This document shows, in pieces, positions 52,073 to 61,640 of a stretch of 64,000 nt of DNA. Made by a program: the position numbers and the translations under genes. This DNA is from Clostridia bacterium (GTDB lineage: Bacteria; Bacillota; Clostridia; TANB77; CAG-508), in NCBI GenBank assembly GCA_017458285.1, contig JAFTFU010000002.1:7079-71078 (forward strand), in the 5' to 3' direction. The notes below the pieces were generated by a model. That model worked only from the letters and a program-made list of their open reading frames with translations. It had not been told where the DNA came from and made no database searches. The stretch's first letter is position 1. Each line of letters starts with the position of its first letter.

Positions 52073-52567
52073 CTATTCTTCTGACGGTTTACTAATCACA
52101 GTCTTTAGATTTTCAACATTAATCTCTTTATGTTCGGATATACCGTTTCTTGCCGCTTTTGATGTCGTATCGGGTGGAATTGGTAGTCCTGTGATGTTTT
52201 CGATATGTTTGTTTGAAGATTGCACTTGCGACCGTGATAACAAATATTTCAAATAATCTAAGACAATATTTTGTGTTGATGAAGGTAATTGATGGTATAT
52301 ATTTAATAGTTCTTGCTCATTTGAATTAACAGCAGGAGATTCGTCTGAATAATTGCTTCTCGTAGTCCTGCCGAGTAAATAATCAACGGAACAATCAAGG
52401 TAGTCGGCTATTTTTGCAAGTCTATCGCTTTTTATCATCCTACCGTCATAAAGATTAGTCATAGTATTAGCTGTAAATCCTAAATCAATAAACATTTTTT
52501 GCAATACTATATTTTTTTCAAAAGCTAAAGTTTTAATTCTTTGTGCAATATCAACAGGTGAATACAT
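52073..52567 (-). CDS. XRE-family HTH repressor (ImmR/CI-like)
   Basis: LAKIADYLDCSVDYLLGRT motif; paired with the ImmA-like gene. Confidence 0.88.
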   Translation of the reverse strand: MYSPVDIAQRIKTLAFEKNIVLQKMFIDLGFTANTMTNLYDGRMIKSDRLAKIADYLDCSVDYLLGRTTRSNYSDESPAVNSNEQELLNIYHQLPSSTQNIVLDYLKYLLSRSQVQSSNKHIENITGLPIPPDTTSKAARNGISEHKEINVENLKTVISKPSEE

Positions 52568-52625
52568 ATAAAACCGTCCTTTATTGTGAGAAATAACATT
52601 TGTGCTTAAAAGTAGAAAAATAGTA

Positions 52626-52654
52626 TTGACTTCTACTTATTGAGGTATTATAAT
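52626..52654 (+). promoter_or_regulatory. sigmaA promoter divergent from the repressor
   Basis: TTGACT-17 bp-TATAAT. Confidence 0.75.
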
Positions 52655-52748
52655 TATAACATAATCAATCAAGAAAGAACAAAATTAAATCTTTCTTGAT
52701 AAAATTATAACATAGACTGTTAATAAAAGCAAGTTAAATTTAGAAAGG

Positions 52749-53261
52749 ATGTTCATTATGAAACAGAATACAGTAGAGTACACAAAGGCAAGCAATATCA
52801 ATATCAATGCAGAGTTTGAACGGTTGAAAAATATAGACTTTGTTCAATTAAGACCTTATCAGATTCACTTTATAGAAAATGTTATGTCGATGAGAGAGTT
52901 TGAAGAAACTAATAATAATTTCTGCCTGTTGAAAAAAGCATTGTTTGAAAAAGAAATTAATACAATCGGTGTTTCAGTTGGTAAGAAATATAAGAATTGT
53001 TTCACAGAACATCTTCATGTACATACGGATTCACCTCGTATAGCAATAGGCAACTGGAATAAGACAGAGCCTACATTTAGCGTTAGTGATAATAATTATA
53101 CGAATGTTGTCCTGTGTTCAATCAATTTGGCTTGTATTGAAAACCTTGAAGTGAGTGTCAGCGAATTTGATGATTGTGATGTGTATGACATTTATTTTAC
53201 TTATCGTGGCAGTTGTGGAATGAAACTGGATTATAACATTACGGTCAAGACTAAGAAATGA
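52749..53261 (+). CDS. Hypothetical protein
   Basis: 170 aa, RBS AAAGGA. Confidence 0.65.
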   Translation: MFIMKQNTVEYTKASNININAEFERLKNIDFVQLRPYQIHFIENVMSMREFEETNNNFCLLKKALFEKEINTIGVSVGKKYKNCFTEHLHVHTDSPRIAIGNWNKTEPTFSVSDNNYTNVVLCSINLACIENLEVSVSEFDDCDVYDIYFTYRGSCGMKLDYNITVKTKK

Positions 53262-53438
53262 ACGGAGGGAAAACAAAATAAATGTTTTACAATATTACAA
53301 TAGTAATTTCAGATGTGATTATCTTAGATGATTTTTGCTTAAATAGGCGAGAAGCCCCACCTATTTAAGCAAAAAAGATGTTGATAATAGACAGCATAAG
53401 AAGTTCTATAAAAATTTTAATATTTTTTTTAAAAAGTC

Positions 53439-53467
53439 TTGACAAATCAATCTGTATAGTTTATAAT
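53439..53467 (+). promoter_or_regulatory. Consensus sigmaA promoter of the tRNA cluster
   Basis: TTGACA-17 bp-TATAAT. Confidence 0.85.
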
Positions 53468-53742
53468 ATTATATAGACTAAGAAAGCGAAAAAGTAATAA
53501 TGAAAATCCTAAAATAACTTAACTAATAAATATATATAATAACAAAGGTTGTGATACTAATGAGATTGATTAAAAGAGTTAATCATCTTATTTCTAATAG
53601 TGGGTTTATCCTAAAAGGCGAGTGTTGCTGATTAGCTCGCCAAAAATAAATCAGCCGTATCAGACTTAATAGCGGTTAGGTAAGCGCAACTTAACAAGGC
53701 AGTGAAGTACAAGCGATAAGTTAAGTCTAATATGTTTAGTAT

Positions 53743-53815
53743 GTGTTCGTAACTCAGTTGGTAGAGTATCTGACTTTTAATCAGAGAGTCGGGAGTTCGA
53801 GTCTCCTCGGACACA
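53743..53815 (+). tRNA. tRNA-Lys (TTT)
   Basis: Cloverleaf; anticodon arm TCTGA-CTTTTAA-TCAGA; GTTCGA T-loop; no encoded CCA. Confidence 0.92.
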
Positions 53816-53823
53816 CTACATAA

Positions 53824-53898
53824 TGCGGTATGTGTGTAATGGCAGCACATCAGACTTTGACTCTGAGAGTACAGGTTCGAGTCCTGTTACCGCAGCCA
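53824..53898 (+). tRNA. tRNA-Gln (TTG)
   Basis: TGCGGTA/TACCGCA acceptor stem, anticodon loop CTTTGAC, CCA end. Confidence 0.92.
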
Positions 53899-53903
53899 AA
53901 TAT

Positions 53904-53991
53904 GGAGGTATGGCGAAATAGGAAGTACGCTACAGACTTAAAATCTGTTGGTAGAAATACCGTGTGGGTTCAAGTCCCACTACCTCCACCA
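53904..53991 (+). tRNA. tRNA-Leu (TAA), copy 1
   Basis: GGAGGTA/TACCTCC acceptor stem, anticodon loop CTTAAAA, long variable arm, CCA. Confidence 0.92.
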
Positions 53992-54029
53992 ATTACAACA
54001 ATACATTTATATACCTCCTTTTTCTTTAA

Positions 54030-54111
54030 GACAAATCGGAAAGACGGTTGACAAATTGGAAAGACAGTTTGACAAATTGGAAAGACAGTTTGACAGCTCG
54101 GAAAGACGAGC
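54030..54111 (+). repeat. Four tandem 20-21-nt hairpin units GACA-stem-GGAAAGAC-stem
   Basis: gacaaatcggaaagacggtt / gacaaattggaaagacagttt (twice) / gacagctcggaaagacgagc. Confidence 0.9.
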
Positions 54112-54117
54112 AAATAC

Positions 54118-54201
54118 GCTGGTGTGGCGAAATCGGCAGACGCAAGGGACTTAAAATCCCTCGGTAGCAATACCGTACCGGTTCAAATCCGGTCACCAGC
54201 A
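54118..54201 (+). tRNA. tRNA-Leu (TAA), copy 2
   Basis: GCTGGTG/CACCAGC acceptor stem, AGGGA-CTTAAAA-TCCCT, long variable arm. Confidence 0.92.
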
Positions 54202-54256
54202 CTCTACTTTGATAGAAAAATAAAACAAAACACAATGAAAGGAAAGCCAAAATATA

Positions 54257-54781
54257 ATGATTAGAATTGTAGAAAAGAATTTGTTTGACAGCAAAGCAAA
54301 TTTTATCGTTCATCAGGTGAACGTTCAGGGCGTTATGGGATCAGGTGTAGCTAAACAAATAGCCGAGCAATATCCATTTGTTGACAAAGAATATAGAAAA
54401 TATGTATTTCATTGTCAAAAGAAAAATAAAAAGATACTTGGTACAGTACAATATGTTCCAACAGAAGTATGGGCTATTGGTTTAGTTGATACTATTAAAA
54501 ATAACAGAATAGAAAAATACGATGTAGATTATAAATATATCGTAAATTTATTCGGTCAAGAAAATTACGGCACAGGACTTCAAACAGATTTAGCGGAGAT
54601 GAAAAATGCTTTTATAGATATTCGTAAAAAGGCTTTAAGTGTGGGTGCATCAATAGCAATGCCCTTTAAGATAGGCAGTTGTCGTGGGGGTGCTGATTGG
54701 AAAGATGTCTATGCTATTATTAAAGAAGTCTTTGGCGATAGCGGATTAGACGTTGAAATATGTAGGTGCGATATGAAATAA
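54257..54781 (+). CDS. Macrodomain (ADP-ribose processing) protein
   Basis: NLFD, IVHQVNVQGVMGSGVAKQI, IVNLFGQ and PFKIGSCRGGADW motifs. Confidence 0.88.
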   Translation: MIRIVEKNLFDSKANFIVHQVNVQGVMGSGVAKQIAEQYPFVDKEYRKYVFHCQKKNKKILGTVQYVPTEVWAIGLVDTIKNNRIEKYDVDYKYIVNLFGQENYGTGLQTDLAEMKNAFIDIRKKALSVGASIAMPFKIGSCRGGADWKDVYAIIKEVFGDSGLDVEICRCDMK

Positions 54782-54812
54782 TTTATGCAACTAATCGATA
54801 TATATAGGAACT

Positions 54813-55358
54813 ATGAATAATTTAAATAAAGAACAGCAAAAATTAGTTGAAGATAACCATAACTTAATTTATAGTTTTGCTAAATCACGAATGGTAGATA
54901 CAGAGGAATATTATGATGTGTTTGCAATAGGACTGTGTAAAGCTGCTTTAATATACGATAAAAGCAAAGGAGCATTTTCTACATTGGCTTATAAATGTAT
55001 GAGTAATGAATATCATATGATTCGAAGCATAGAAACCAGACAAAAGACTATTCCTGAATCATTAATTATATCATTAGATGAGCCGATTGGTGTTTCTGAG
55101 GAAGATGGTAATGAATCTACATTATATGATTATATAATAAAAGATGTATTTCCTACTCCTGAAAATAGTACAGTAAATTCTATTGTATTTAATGATTTTT
55201 ATAATAGCGAACTAACCAAACAACAACAAGATGTTGTTAAGATTTTACTACAAGGCGAAACACAGTTTGAGATTAGCAAGATGTTGGGATTAACACATCA
55301 AAGAATTAGTGCGATAGTGCATAGAATAAGAGAGAAATGGGTTAAATTCAACAAATAA
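54813..55358 (+). CDS. Phage sigma-70-family sigma factor
   Basis: LVEDNHNLIY...GLCKAA..YDKSKGAFSTLA (region 2) and TQFEISKMLGLTHQRIS HTH (region 4). Confidence 0.85.
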   Translation: MNNLNKEQQKLVEDNHNLIYSFAKSRMVDTEEYYDVFAIGLCKAALIYDKSKGAFSTLAYKCMSNEYHMIRSIETRQKTIPESLIISLDEPIGVSEEDGNESTLYDYIIKDVFPTPENSTVNSIVFNDFYNSELTKQQQDVVKILLQGETQFEISKMLGLTHQRISAIVHRIREKWVKFNK

Positions 55359-55414
55359 AGATGTATAACATATCTTAAAACTATTCTTTTAAGTGATAAC
55401 ATAGGAGGGTTTGA

Positions 55415-57798
55415 ATGGTAAATGTATTGAGTTTGTTTGATGGGATGAGCTGCGGAATGTTGGCTATGATGGGTGCAGGAGTTAAGGTTGATAATTATTA
55501 TGCGTATGAGATTGACAAATACGCTGTAAAAACAAGTCAACATAATTTCCCACAAATAAAGCAATGTGGTGATGTATTCAAAGGAGACTATACTTAATAC
55601 GAGGGGATTGATTATCTTATAGGTGGAAGTCCCTGTGTCCCTGCTGATACAAAAATTAAAACAGATAAAGGTTATAAAAAAATCGTTGATATACAAATTG
55701 GAGATATGGTATTGACTCACTTAAACAGATATATGCCTGTATCAAGATTATATAAGCGTAAAACCGAACATTTGTATAATATAAAATTTAATGGTAATGA
55801 AGTTTTGAAAATTACAGGCAATCATCCTGTTTACGTATATAGAAACAATAAATTTGAATTTGTGAGAACAGACCAGCTTACAATAAATGACTATGTTTGT
55901 GTCAACATCAATCAAAAAACAAATAAATTAGAATATTCAGACGATATATTATGGTTAGCTGGTAGAGCAATAGCAGATGGTTATTTGTCAAAAGATAAAA
56001 ATAAAGTTGTGATTTCTGTAGGTAAGAATAAAATATTAGAATTTGAACAACATCTTTCAAATATATCTTATTATATTTTACATAAAGATAGAGCTGCACC
56101 AGAATATTGCATTAACTCGCAAGAATTAACTGAGTTTTATGCTTATTTCGGAAATAGAAAAGCGTTAGATAAATATATACCAGATGAAATATTAAATCTT
56201 CCAAAACAATTATTAAAGAAAATATATGATGGCTATATATCAGGCGATGGATTTTTAAGAAAAGATAGACCTAATACTGTAATGTGGTGCAGTTCAAGTG
56301 AAGATTTAATATTATCTATGGGGTTGTTGACAGCAAAATTATTTGGCAAATATCCAACGACGACTATTCGTGAGGGTGAATATAAGCAGCTACCAAGTGG
56401 AATGTGTCATACAAATAAATCATATAATAGTCAAATTAGCATTACAAATAGATTGAATCCTGATTGTAAAATTATAGAAGATAAATTATTACTTAGAATT
56501 AAAAGCATAGATAAAAACAGCATTAATACAGATGTGTATAATATAGAAGTCGCAAAAGACCATTCTTATACGGTTAATAATGTTATTGTGCATAATTGTA
56601 CGTATTGGAGTATTGCCCAATCTCCAGATAAACGAGAGACAACGGCAAGCGGATTAGGCTGGGACTTATTCAGTCAGTATGTAAGAGCTTTGCGAGAAGC
56701 GAAACCAAAATACTTCATATACGAAAATAACAAATCAATGTCAAAAGAAATTCGTAAATCAATAACGGAGACATTTGGATTTGAACCTATTATGATAAAT
56801 TCCGCACTTGTTTCGGCACAAAACCGTCAAAGACTTTATTGGGTTGGCAAAAGAAACGATGATGGTACATATAGCAAAGTCGATGTTGAACAGCCAGAGG
56901 ACAGAGGGATACTGCTGAGAGATGTTTTGGACGGAGTGGCAATTAAAGAAAAATCCCCTTGTATAGATGCAAATTATTATAAAGGCGGTAATTACACAAA
57001 CGTAAAAAAACAAAGTGGACAAAGAATGTGTGTTGCCGAACCAGTGGCTTGCCGTTGTCGTGGTCGTACTGATAAAAATGGAAATGGTTATGCTAAATAC
57101 GAATGTAGAGATGATTGTAAATCTAATACTCTTGATACTAATAGCACAAACGGAAATATGGTTGCTGAACCTGTTAATAAATCAATTAGAGTAGGAATTT
57201 ATCCTACATCAGATGGTCGTATGTTAAATTCTCAGGGAATGAGAATTTACAGCGTGGATGGCAAATCGGTAACACAGTCTGCACAAGGAGGAGGTATGGG
57301 AGCTAAAACAGGATTGTATGCAATACCTGTTACAAAGAATTAACTGATAGTGAAATGGATTATATGGTTCGTGACTATTCGGACAGACGTTGGAATTTTT
57401 GCCAAAGACCTGCACAAGATAATAAGGCAAAATGTTTGGTAGCAAATATTGCAAAAGGTGTTCCGTATAATGTATGTGCAATACCTGTTGAGTTTGAAGA
57501 TGGAATACCAACAAAAGCTATATCGTATGCTGATGGCAAGACGTATAAAGTTTATGAAGTAAAAGAGGGTCAAATAACTATTAAAGAAAAACAATATCCT
57601 ATTAAGTTACAAGATGGATATTACATTATTCGTAAATTGACTGTATCTGAATGTAAGAGATTGCAAACTGTTCCGGAATGGTTTGAATTTCCTGTAAGTG
57701 ATACTCAGGCGTACCGACAATTAGGGAATGGCTGGAGCGTTGATGTAATAGCACATTTAATAAAAGCGACATTAAAAGACAAACAAGAAAGTGTGTGA
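55415..57798 (+). pseudogene. C5-cytosine DNA methyltransferase with intein, interrupted by an in-frame TAA (55595-97) and a frameshift (~57335)
   Basis: Motif I SLFDGMSCG, IV GGSP|C, VI YENN, VIII QNRQRLYW, IX RKLTVSECKRLQ and X YRQLGNGW, spread over three ORF fragments. Confidence 0.85.
55634..56596 (+). mobile_element. Intein (321 aa) with LAGLIDADG homing endonuclease
   Basis: Starts CVPADTKI; block B ITGNHP; LAGRAIADG and YDGYISGDG motifs; VYNIEVAKDHSY; ends VHN followed by Cys+1. Confidence 0.93.
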
Positions 57799-57804
57799 TT
57801 AGTA

Positions 57805-58041
57805 ATGATAAAGTCAATATCATTATCTGCAAATGATATAGAAGAAGTAAATCGTATTGCTATGGAACAGGATAAACGAGCAACAATTCAAATCTCGCAG
57901 AATAATATAAATATAAGTGCAAGGTCTATACTCGGTTATCATATTTTAGACTTTTCTAAACCGATGAATTTGATTGTATATGATTATGATACAGAAAATA
58001 TAATGAATAGGTTTAGTAAATGGTTTGTTGATACTATATAA
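57805..58041 (+). CDS. HPr-like protein
   Basis: 78 aa; ISARSILG resembles the HPr Ser46 motif (NAKSIMG). Confidence 0.6.
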   Translation: MIKSISLSANDIEEVNRIAMEQDKRATIQISQNNINISARSILGYHILDFSKPMNLIVYDYDTENIMNRFSKWFVDTI

Positions 58042-58102
58042 AAATAAGATTTTATAGTATATCAACAACTAAATATATATAATAATTATAAAGAAAGAGA
58101 GG

Positions 58103-58891
58103 ATGTTAAAAATGAAGAATATTAAAAAGTGGATTATTGGCGGTTTGATTATAGGTATGATTTCAGGTGTAGGTATTATTGCTACTGTGAATAATAACAC
58201 AGTAGATACAAATGCTGTTGATACTGTTCCTTGCGTATCAGACAATGTAATCATTAGTGATGATATTTGCACAAATAGTTCTGAAGAATATACGATGGAT
58301 GTGGTTTATACGACAGACTGGTTGCGAGTAAGAACGAATCCATCGTTTGATGCTGATATAGTAGATGTGTTTTCACCTGATACTGCTGTAATGAGAATTG
58401 CAACGCTTGATAATGGATGGTCTAAAGTTGTTTATAACGAAGAAATAAAGTATATGCACTCTGATTATTTAAGTGAAACAGCTATTGATTATCCAGTCGA
58501 TGAAAACGACATTGATGATACTGTTGAAAATAATGATTGTATAACTGATACAGGTGTATATTATGATTGTGACAATGAAGCTTATTGCGAAAGTAATTAC
58601 TGCAATGCGGATTATACAGCAGAGGAATTTCAAGAATTAGGGGTTATTTCTTGGGGAATGTATCGTTATACTTGGTATAGCGAATTAGTATTAACAGGCG
58701 AGGGGCTTGACATTGAAGGCAGACATACTGATGAAAATGGTTTCGTATGTGATATAGATAATTATATTTGTGTTGCATCTGATTCATTAGATAGAGGAAC
58801 GATAGTAGATACTCCGTTTGGTAAGCAAGGAAAGGTTTATGATTGCGGTTGTGATTCAGATGATATCATAGATTGTTATGTATCGTGGTGA
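58103..58891 (+). CDS. Secreted/membrane-anchored SH3b protein with C-terminal 3D-like cell-wall domain
   Basis: N-terminal TM segment; WLRVRTNPS...NGWSKV...YMHSDYL (SH3b); VASD..GTIVDTPFG.GKVYDCG...IDCY. Confidence 0.7.
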   Translation: MLKMKNIKKWIIGGLIIGMISGVGIIATVNNNTVDTNAVDTVPCVSDNVIISDDICTNSSEEYTMDVVYTTDWLRVRTNPSFDADIVDVFSPDTAVMRIATLDNGWSKVVYNEEIKYMHSDYLSETAIDYPVDENDIDDTVENNDCITDTGVYYDCDNEAYCESNYCNADYTAEEFQELGVISWGMYRYTWYSELVLTGEGLDIEGRHTDENGFVCDIDNYICVASDSLDRGTIVDTPFGKQGKVYDCGCDSDDIIDCYVSW

Positions 58892-59113
58892 TGGCATGAA
58901 ATACAATTATTACAAAAATGCGTTAGCATTTATGTTGTTTTTATATTTATCAAATGATAAAAAATAATAAAATTCGGTTGGCATAAGGTATCTACTATGT
59001 CGTAAAACCAAAAAAGAGTATATATTTTAACTGTTATACTATTTCGCCTGATTGGTTTCCTTTACATAAATTAAAAAAAATACGCAAACAACACAAATGA
59101 TTGATTTAACGAG

Positions 59114-59650
59114 GTGTTTATTATGGAAAATATATTTTATGTTTTTGATGATTTTTACAATGATAATTTGAGTAAGTCAGAACAAGATTCTATTAAAGGT
59201 ATTAAGAATATTAACAAAACTACAAACAATAAGAAAAATAAAACGAAAACTAATAAGAATCCTGCAAAGGTAGATAGTGGTAATAAAAATGATGTTATGC
59301 AGAATGAGACAATAGAAGATGTTAAACCTTTCGATATAGATACTGCTATTGCAAATGCGAAATTAAAACAAGAACAAGGCGATACTATTGTTATTGTTCA
59401 TTACACAAATGATTTGACAAATTATATAAATGCTGCTATTAGACAAGCAAGCGTTGATGGGTTTAGAGTTTGTATTGTAGATGTTTATAATATTCTTGAC
59501 CGTAGATTTGGCGAGCTTGACTTTGACATACAGACAGAAATTATTGGTAAGGTTGCTAATAAATTTAGAGAAGGAGGATATAGTGTTTTTATGTCGCTTC
59601 GATGGGAGTTTGGTAAGATCAAGAGAAGAGCAATAAAGATTAGTTGGTAA
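59114..59650 (+). CDS. Hypothetical protein
   Basis: 178-aa ORF, RBS GAGGTG. Confidence 0.6.
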   Translation: MFIMENIFYVFDDFYNDNLSKSEQDSIKGIKNINKTTNNKKNKTKTNKNPAKVDSGNKNDVMQNETIEDVKPFDIDTAIANAKLKQEQGDTIVIVHYTNDLTNYINAAIRQASVDGFRVCIVDVYNILDRRFGELDFDIQTEIIGKVANKFREGGYSVFMSLRWEFGKIKRRAIKISW

Positions 59651-60183
59651 TAGTAAAAGAAAGGCGAAAAAATATGTTTACAGTTTTTAGAAATGACAAA
59701 GTAGTTCTTATTAAAGAATTTGATAAAATGAGTACGGTCGGACAAGAATATGAAGTTGCAAATGTTACAGATACAGCAATTGTACTAAGAGATACCGAAA
59801 CAAAGATAGTTGTCGGAGTTGTTTGTATTGATGATTTTGATAAGTATTTTGCAAAGTCTTTAAAGTCTAAGAAGTGGACTGAGTGGACAAAACTTATTGC
59901 TAATAATGATAGTGTTGTATTCTATAGAACGAATGGCGTTAAGGTACAAGTTAAATCTGTAAGTAATGTCATTGGTACTGCTTGTTGTAATTCAAAAGAT
60001 ATTTTTAATCTTTATGTAGGCATAAGAATTGCTTATTTACGTATGCAAAATAAGATACTTAATGCAACTATTGAAAAGATGGATATGGTTAGTGATATTG
60101 AGGACTGGAAGAAACTTAAAGATATTGTTTATAACAATAATAATACTATCAATAAGATTGTAAAAGATTACATAAAGACATAA
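59644..60183 (+). CDS. Hypothetical phage protein
   Basis: ~170-aa ORF, co-oriented. Confidence 0.6.
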   Translation: MVIVKERRKNMFTVFRNDKVVLIKEFDKMSTVGQEYEVANVTDTAIVLRDTETKIVVGVVCIDDFDKYFAKSLKSKKWTEWTKLIANNDSVVFYRTNGVKVQVKSVSNVIGTACCNSKDIFNLYVGIRIAYLRMQNKILNATIEKMDMVSDIEDWKKLKDIVYNNNNTINKIVKDYIKT

Positions 60184-60201
60184 CAGGAGGGGGGTGAAAA
60201 T

Positions 60202-60405
60202 ATGAGTTTGATAAGCGGGAAAAGAGAAATAACAAAAGAACAGTACGAAAGAGCAAAATGCAATCGTAATTATATAGCTGATGAAGATATGACTGATATT
60301 TTCAATGCAAGTGAATTATATGGCTATGGTGTTTATGGTGCAAGAGTATATAAAGAAGATGATAAATATTATGTTTATTATAGTATAGGTGATAGTTGCG
60401 ATTAG
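60202..60405 (+). CDS. Hypothetical protein
   Basis: RBS AGGAGG. Confidence 0.65.
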   Translation: MSLISGKREITKEQYERAKCNRNYIADEDMTDIFNASELYGYGVYGARVYKEDDKYYVYYSIGDSCD

Positions 60406-60425
60406 TTTACAGAGGTGTTGTTAAA

Positions 60426-61628
60426 ATGATTTATTTAGATAATGCTGCAACTACAAAACCACTAAAAGAAGTACAAGAGTGTGTTGTTGAATATATGACT
60501 GATAAATGGCATAACCCTTCTGCTTTATATACAAATGCAAATAAGGTTCGTTTGGATATTGAAAACGCAAGAAAAAATATAGCTAAATTTATCAATGCTA
60601 ATAGTGATGAAATATATTTTACATCTGGTGCAACCGAAAGCAACAACTGGGCTTTAAGAGGTTTTGTTGATTATTGTATTGCAAATAAGTATAAACCCAT
60701 TATTATAACTTCTGCAATGGAACATAAGTCAATTACCGATTGTTTAATTGGAATGATGTCTATTTATTCTGAGTTAAGAGTGTATGAAGTTCGTGTTCAT
60801 AAAAAAACAGGATTTATAGACGAAAAACATTTGCAAAATATATTACAGATAGTTTTTGACAAATACTATAATCTATATAAATACAAAATTCTTGTTTCAG
60901 TTCAATATGCTAATTCAGAAATAGGGACTATTCAGGATATAAAAAGGATAGCACCAATAGTACACGCATATGGTGGTATTATTCATACTGATGCAACGCA
61001 AGCTTTTGGTCATACATCTATTAATGTTGATTATGAAGATATAGATATGTTAAGTGCTTCAGCACAAAAATGTGGAGGTTTAAAAGGAACTGGAATATTG
61101 TATAAATCCAAACATTATAATTTTATCAAGCCTTTAATTTATGGCACACAAGAGAATGGCGAACGTGGCGGTACTGAAAATGTTATAGGTATTATGGCTA
61201 TGAGCAAAGCGGTTGATTATTGTAGAAATGTACAAATAAACACAGAGGTAGTGATAAAAAATAGAAATTATTTTGTTTATCAGTTAATAACAAGATTTGA
61301 TTGTAAAGTCAATGGAATCATAGGAGATTATTTACATGGATTCTTTGATAATAGATCACCAAATAATATCAATGTAACATTTCCGCAAAACATAACAGGC
61401 GAGGCATTGATTTATATGCTTGATTCTGCTGGTATTATGATTTCTTCTGGTTCAGCTTGTAATTCTCGTACTAATAAATTATCGCCTGTTTTAAAAGCTA
61501 TTGGTTTGTCGGACGAAGAAATAATAAAAACGATTAGAATTACAATACCTGATAACATTACAAAAGAAGAAATAGATATTGTATTAAATGAAATTGATAG
61601 AGCAATTAAGGTATTGACAAATAGTTAA
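60426..61628 (+). CDS. iscS: Cysteine desulfurase (IscS/NifS family)
   Basis: MIYLDNAATT, FTSGATESNN, HTDATQ, SAQK (PLP lysine), GGTEN and SSGSAC (catalytic Cys). Confidence 0.92.
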   Translation: MIYLDNAATTKPLKEVQECVVEYMTDKWHNPSALYTNANKVRLDIENARKNIAKFINANSDEIYFTSGATESNNWALRGFVDYCIANKYKPIIITSAMEHKSITDCLIGMMSIYSELRVYEVRVHKKTGFIDEKHLQNILQIVFDKYYNLYKYKILVSVQYANSEIGTIQDIKRIAPIVHAYGGIIHTDATQAFGHTSINVDYEDIDMLSASAQKCGGLKGTGILYKSKHYNFIKPLIYGTQENGERGGTENVIGIMAMSKAVDYCRNVQINTEVVIKNRNYFVYQLITRFDCKVNGIIGDYLHGFFDNRSPNNINVTFPQNITGEALIYMLDSAGIMISSGSACNSRTNKLSPVLKAIGLSDEEIIKTIRITIPDNITKEEIDIVLNEIDRAIKVLTNS

Positions 61629-61640
61629 TATATAAGAGAG

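Noticed and set aside
53345-53370. IS200/IS605-like end remnant (GAAGCCCCACCT)
   Set aside because: Too short, with no partner end and no tnpA or tnpB.
53602-53655. Programmed -1 frameshift (GGGTTTA plus pseudoknot)
   Set aside because: The heptamer is in the wrong phase for the only upstream ORF and no downstream ORF would be reached.
54030-54111. Mini CRISPR array
   Set aside because: Units are contiguous 20-21-mers with no unique spacers, and no cas genes are in the window.
53904-55597. TAA stop-codon recoding via the 'TAA' tRNAs to read through the methyltransferase stop
   Set aside because: Anticodon UAA reads the Leu codon UUA, not the stop UAA, and TAA is the normal terminator for many genes here.
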